DNA of 64,000 bases from Obrimoposthia wandeli (Eukaryota): assembly GCA_977020255.1 (NCBI GenBank), contig CDROCS010000122.1:124001-188000 (forward strand). Reading direction: 5' to 3'. The notes under the pieces are model-generated. The model saw only the letters and a list, made by a program, of their open reading frames with translations. It had not been told where the DNA came from and ran no database searches. Shown here piece by piece: positions 61,153 through 64,000 of this stretch. The position numbers and the translations under genes are program-made. Within the stretch, counting starts at the first letter, position 1. Every line of letters begins with the position of its first letter.

Positions 61153-61419
61153 TATATACCCATGTTACCTCAAGATGCTTTGTCAGGCACAAGCTCGATA
61201 ATCAGAGCAAGGCGTAACATGAGGTAATTGTTATTCACTTTTTGAATGTTACAACGCAGGGCTGGTTTTCGAGCTTGCGCCCCGTAGGGCAAGGCAACTT
61301 GCACCAATCTGCGTTGTTATAAAATCTCTATGTAGAATAACTATACTTCAATTTTATGCCTAGCATATTGGCACAATTTGCCTTGCTGACTTTGCATCTT
61401 GAAGTATCATGGGTATATA
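61153..61419. mobile_element. MITE / ERIC-like miniature inverted-repeat element
   Basis: 26 bp terminal inverted repeats TATATACCCATGTTACCTCAAGATGC ... GCATCTTGAAGTATCATGGGTATATA (2 mismatches), TA ends, internal inverted repeats, no ORF. Confidence 0.8.
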
Positions 61420-61432
61420 TATGTCATTTCAT

Positions 61433-62203
61433 TTATAAACTGACATTAAAGAAATTGGCTAGCCAGCCTTGTTCTTGCACATCTTGCCGATCGCCCGTGC
61501 CTGAATATTGAATGCGGGCATTGGTTATACGTGTCGATTCAATGGTATTTTCTTGGCTAATATCATCAGGACGAATCGTGCCACTAACACGAATATATTC
61601 ATCCCCCGTATTCAAGGTTAACCATTTTTCACCCCGTACCATCAGGTTACCGTTAGCAAGCACATCAATGACTTCAACTGAAATCGAACCTTTAATACTG
61701 TTACTTTGATCCGCAGAGGTGGTTCCAGAAAATTTATTGGCATTCACCACTTCATACGATAAATCACGATCACCAATGGTAAGCGGTTTACCACCAAGTA
61801 CTAATGGATCCATCGATAAATCTGTCGACTTATCTAAATCTGAACTCGCACTTTTTTTGGCTTGCGTCTTCTCTTCCAGCATCACGGTGACAATATCACC
61901 TATACCGCGAGGCTTAGTGTCATCATATAAATCTTGTGCTTGCACCGAGCTAAATAATGACCCCGTTGCTGTCGCGTAATGCTCAGGTTTTGCTTGAGGA
62001 CGGATAGAGTTCCATTCAGGATCACCAGCTTGTGGATCTTCACGACGACGCAACATATCAATTAAGCCTGAATCTTGCTCTGTCGACCCTTCAACCGCGT
62101 CTACTGTTGTGGTGGCTTTCTCTATATCGGATGGAACCAAGTCTGGATCCATTGCACAACCATTCAACAGAAGCATGACAATACCAGCAAGTACCTTTTT
62201 CAT
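61433..62203 (-). CDS. flgH: L-ring lipoprotein
   Basis: Lipobox [21 protein letters not shown] and ARIQYSG. Confidence 0.97.
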   Translation of the reverse strand: MKKVLAGIVMLLLNGCAMDPDLVPSDIEKATTTVDAVEGSTEQDSGLIDMLRRREDPQAGDPEWNSIRPQAKPEHYATATGSLFSSVQAQDLYDDTKPRGIGDIVTVMLEEKTQAKKSASSDLDKSTDLSMDPLVLGGKPLTIGDRDLSYEVVNANKFSGTTSADQSNSIKGSISVEVIDVLANGNLMVRGEKWLTLNTGDEYIRVSGTIRPDDISQENTIESTRITNARIQYSGTGDRQDVQEQGWLANFFNVSL

Positions 62204-62220
62204 TGTTAACTTACTTCCCG

Positions 62221-63009
62221 TTATAACTGTTGGTTTACGTAGCTCAACATCTGATCAACGGTTGAAATCACTTTAGAGTTCATTTCATACACACGCTGAG
62301 CTTCGATCATGTTGACCAATTCTTCTGTTACGTTAACGTTCGATGTTTCTAGCATCGATTGACGAACAGCCCCTAGACCATCAAGACCCGGTACACCTTC
62401 TTGGGCATCGCCACTCGCGCCCGTTGGTAAGAATAGGTTCTGACCAATAGGCTCTAAACCACCTGGATTAATAAAGCCAACCGTTGTTAACTGACCCAGC
62501 ACTTGGTTTGCTTGCTGTCCACGAATACGTGCCGATACTTCGCCATCATTACCAACAGTAATACCAACGGCGTCTTCTGGAATAGCAATCTCGGGTTGCA
62601 CTACATAGCCAGACCCCGTAGTTACCATTTGACCATCGCCATTAATGGTAAATTGACCATTACGGGTATAGCCGATATTGCCGTCGGGCAGTAAAATTTG
62701 GAAGAAACCTTCACCCTCGATCATCATATCCATCGAGTTATTGGTGGTTTGCGTATTACCCTGTGTAAACACTTTTTGGGTTGCGACAACTTTAGAACCT
62801 GCACCCAGCATTAAACCCGATGGTAATTCCGTATCTTGAGAAGATTGACCACCCGGTTGGTTAATATTTTGATAAAAAAGATCTTCAAATACAGCACGAC
62901 TTTTCTTAAAACCAATGGTTGAGGCGTTAGCCAAGTTGTTTGAAATAGTTGATATATTTGTCTGTTGAGCGTCAAGACCGGTTTTACTTACCCATAAAGC
63001 TGGATGCAT
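62221..63009 (-). CDS. flgG: Distal rod protein
   Basis: [14 protein letters not shown] and [15 protein letters not shown]. Confidence 0.97.
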   Translation of the reverse strand: MHPALWVSKTGLDAQQTNISTISNNLANASTIGFKKSRAVFEDLFYQNINQPGGQSSQDTELPSGLMLGAGSKVVATQKVFTQGNTQTTNNSMDMMIEGEGFFQILLPDGNIGYTRNGQFTINGDGQMVTTGSGYVVQPEIAIPEDAVGITVGNDGEVSARIRGQQANQVLGQLTTVGFINPGGLEPIGQNLFLPTGASGDAQEGVPGLDGLGAVRQSMLETSNVNVTEELVNMIEAQRVYEMNSKVISTVDQMLSYVNQQL

Positions 63010-63029
63010 GTGAATTACCTTTTATTGGA

Positions 63030-63779
63030 TTAGCCTAAACGCAACAATGAAGCAGAAGCTTGATCCATTTCTTCTGCTGTTTTCATGATTTTTACTTGCA
63101 TTTCAAAATGGCGCTGCAAATCAATCATACTTGTCATTTCACCAACAGCATTGACGTTACTGCCTTCTAACGCACCTTTTAACAAGGTGACGCCAGCATC
63201 AGCACCGTACGTTTCGCCTGGTGTTTTCGACTTAAATAAACCGTTAACATCTTTGAATAAATCACGGTTATCAGGGCGAACTAACTTTAATCGATCGACA
63301 ATTTCCATCGCTTCTGGCGGCGCACCCTGTGGTAATACAGAGATAGTACCGTCGTTGCCGACTTGGATTTTACTGATAGGAAGAGGGATAAAGATTGGAC
63401 CGCCATTTTCACCTAACATTAAATTACCGTTGCTGTTTTGCAGCATACCAGTTTCATCAATTTTTAGATGACCCGCACGGGTGTAAGCTTCTTGACCAGA
63501 GGCGTCAAGTACAGCAAGCCATCCATCACCTTCTACTGCAACATCAAGATCACGACCAGTAGTCATCACTGAACCTTGAGAAAAATCTTGTCCGGGCCGC
63601 TCTGTCATGGCAAAAACACGAGACGGCAAACCTTCACCATACGCTTGCATGCTACGCGCTTGTTCCAAGTCAGCTCGGAAACCGGTAGTTCTAACGTTAG
63701 CGAGGTTGTTGGCATGTGTTTGCATACCATACATGTCTTGCTTTGCACCACTCATTGCTAAATAAAGCGCACGATCCAT
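63030..63779 (-). CDS. flgF: Proximal rod protein
   Basis: MDRALYLAMSGAK, NNLAN and LEGSNVNAV. Confidence 0.96.
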   Translation of the reverse strand: MDRALYLAMSGAKQDMYGMQTHANNLANVRTTGFRADLEQARSMQAYGEGLPSRVFAMTERPGQDFSQGSVMTTGRDLDVAVEGDGWLAVLDASGQEAYTRAGHLKIDETGMLQNSNGNLMLGENGGPIFIPLPISKIQVGNDGTISVLPQGAPPEAMEIVDRLKLVRPDNRDLFKDVNGLFKSKTPGETYGADAGVTLLKGALEGSNVNAVGEMTSMIDLQRHFEMQVKIMKTAEEMDQASASLLRLG

Positions 63780-63812
63780 TATTGCTCTCCCATCTTATCT
63801 GAATGGTTTAAA

Positions 63813-63827
63813 GCAATAAGCGTGCCA
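63813..63827 (-). promoter_or_regulatory. sigma54 promoter of flgFGHIJ
   Basis: Minus strand TGGCAC-GCTTA-TTGC, a near-perfect consensus. Confidence 0.85.
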
Positions 63828-63927
63828 ATGCAATAAGTTACTTACAAATCAATACTTTGGATTGTTACAGCAAGAGTTTTTAGAATGAGACGGAAATGAA
63901 AAGACGTTTTTTTGGCAGGTTAAGACA

Positions 63928-63961
63928 AATATTGCCGCTTAAAAAGACAAGCGGCAATATT
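63928..63961. terminator. Hairpin upstream of the flgF promoter, probably ending the previous (flgE) transcript
   Basis: AATATTGCCGCTT ... AAGCGGCAATATT 13 bp stem. Confidence 0.55.
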
Positions 63962-64000
63962 GACAATAAAGCTGATACAGATTGGCTAAAGAAAGAATCT

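Noticed and set aside
61368-61388. TGGCAC...TTGC inside the MITE as a sigma54 promoter
   Set aside because: GG-GC spacing is wrong (off by 2 or 3 bp), and it is on the strand opposite to flg.
727-63761. Many 60-170 aa ORFs antisense to or overlapping the assigned genes (e.g. 22279-22800, 40956-41474, 17015-17401, 25972-26376)
   Set aside because: They are shadow frames of well-conserved genes with no recognisable motifs or independent signals.

Overview
About 42% GC chromosomal window from a Vibrionaceae bacterium. It looks most like Photobacterium, inferred from the contiguous polar flagellar cluster with only two flagellins; this was not checked against a database. Left to right it contains: the 3' part of an M16 peptidase; fadJI with a FadR-type operator; an ECF sigma factor and a DUF3379-like membrane anti-sigma candidate; two tandem fadL genes; mlaA; the complete ccmA-I cytochrome c maturation operon; the chemotaxis block (cheYZAB, ParC, ParP, cheW, DUF2802); and the polar flagellar cluster from fliA to flgF with its sigma54/sigma28 promoter hierarchy. 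No rRNA, tRNA, CRISPR array or transposase was seen. The least explained items are four. (1) An orphan, highly structured minus-strand transcript candidate (~5110-5370) with an ECF-type promoter and its own terminator, divergent from the ECF/anti-sigma pair and lying inside the fatty-acid locus. (2) A ~265 bp MITE/ERIC-like element with 26 bp terminal inverted repeats between flgH and flgI. (3) Many 15-42 bp micro-duplications at gene junctions, including one copying the fliR start codon, one copying a flagellin stop codon and one abutting the fliK sigma54 promoter. (4) GTCA-N6-TGAC boxes at three predicted class II flagellar promoters, and a long prion-like insert in FlhF.
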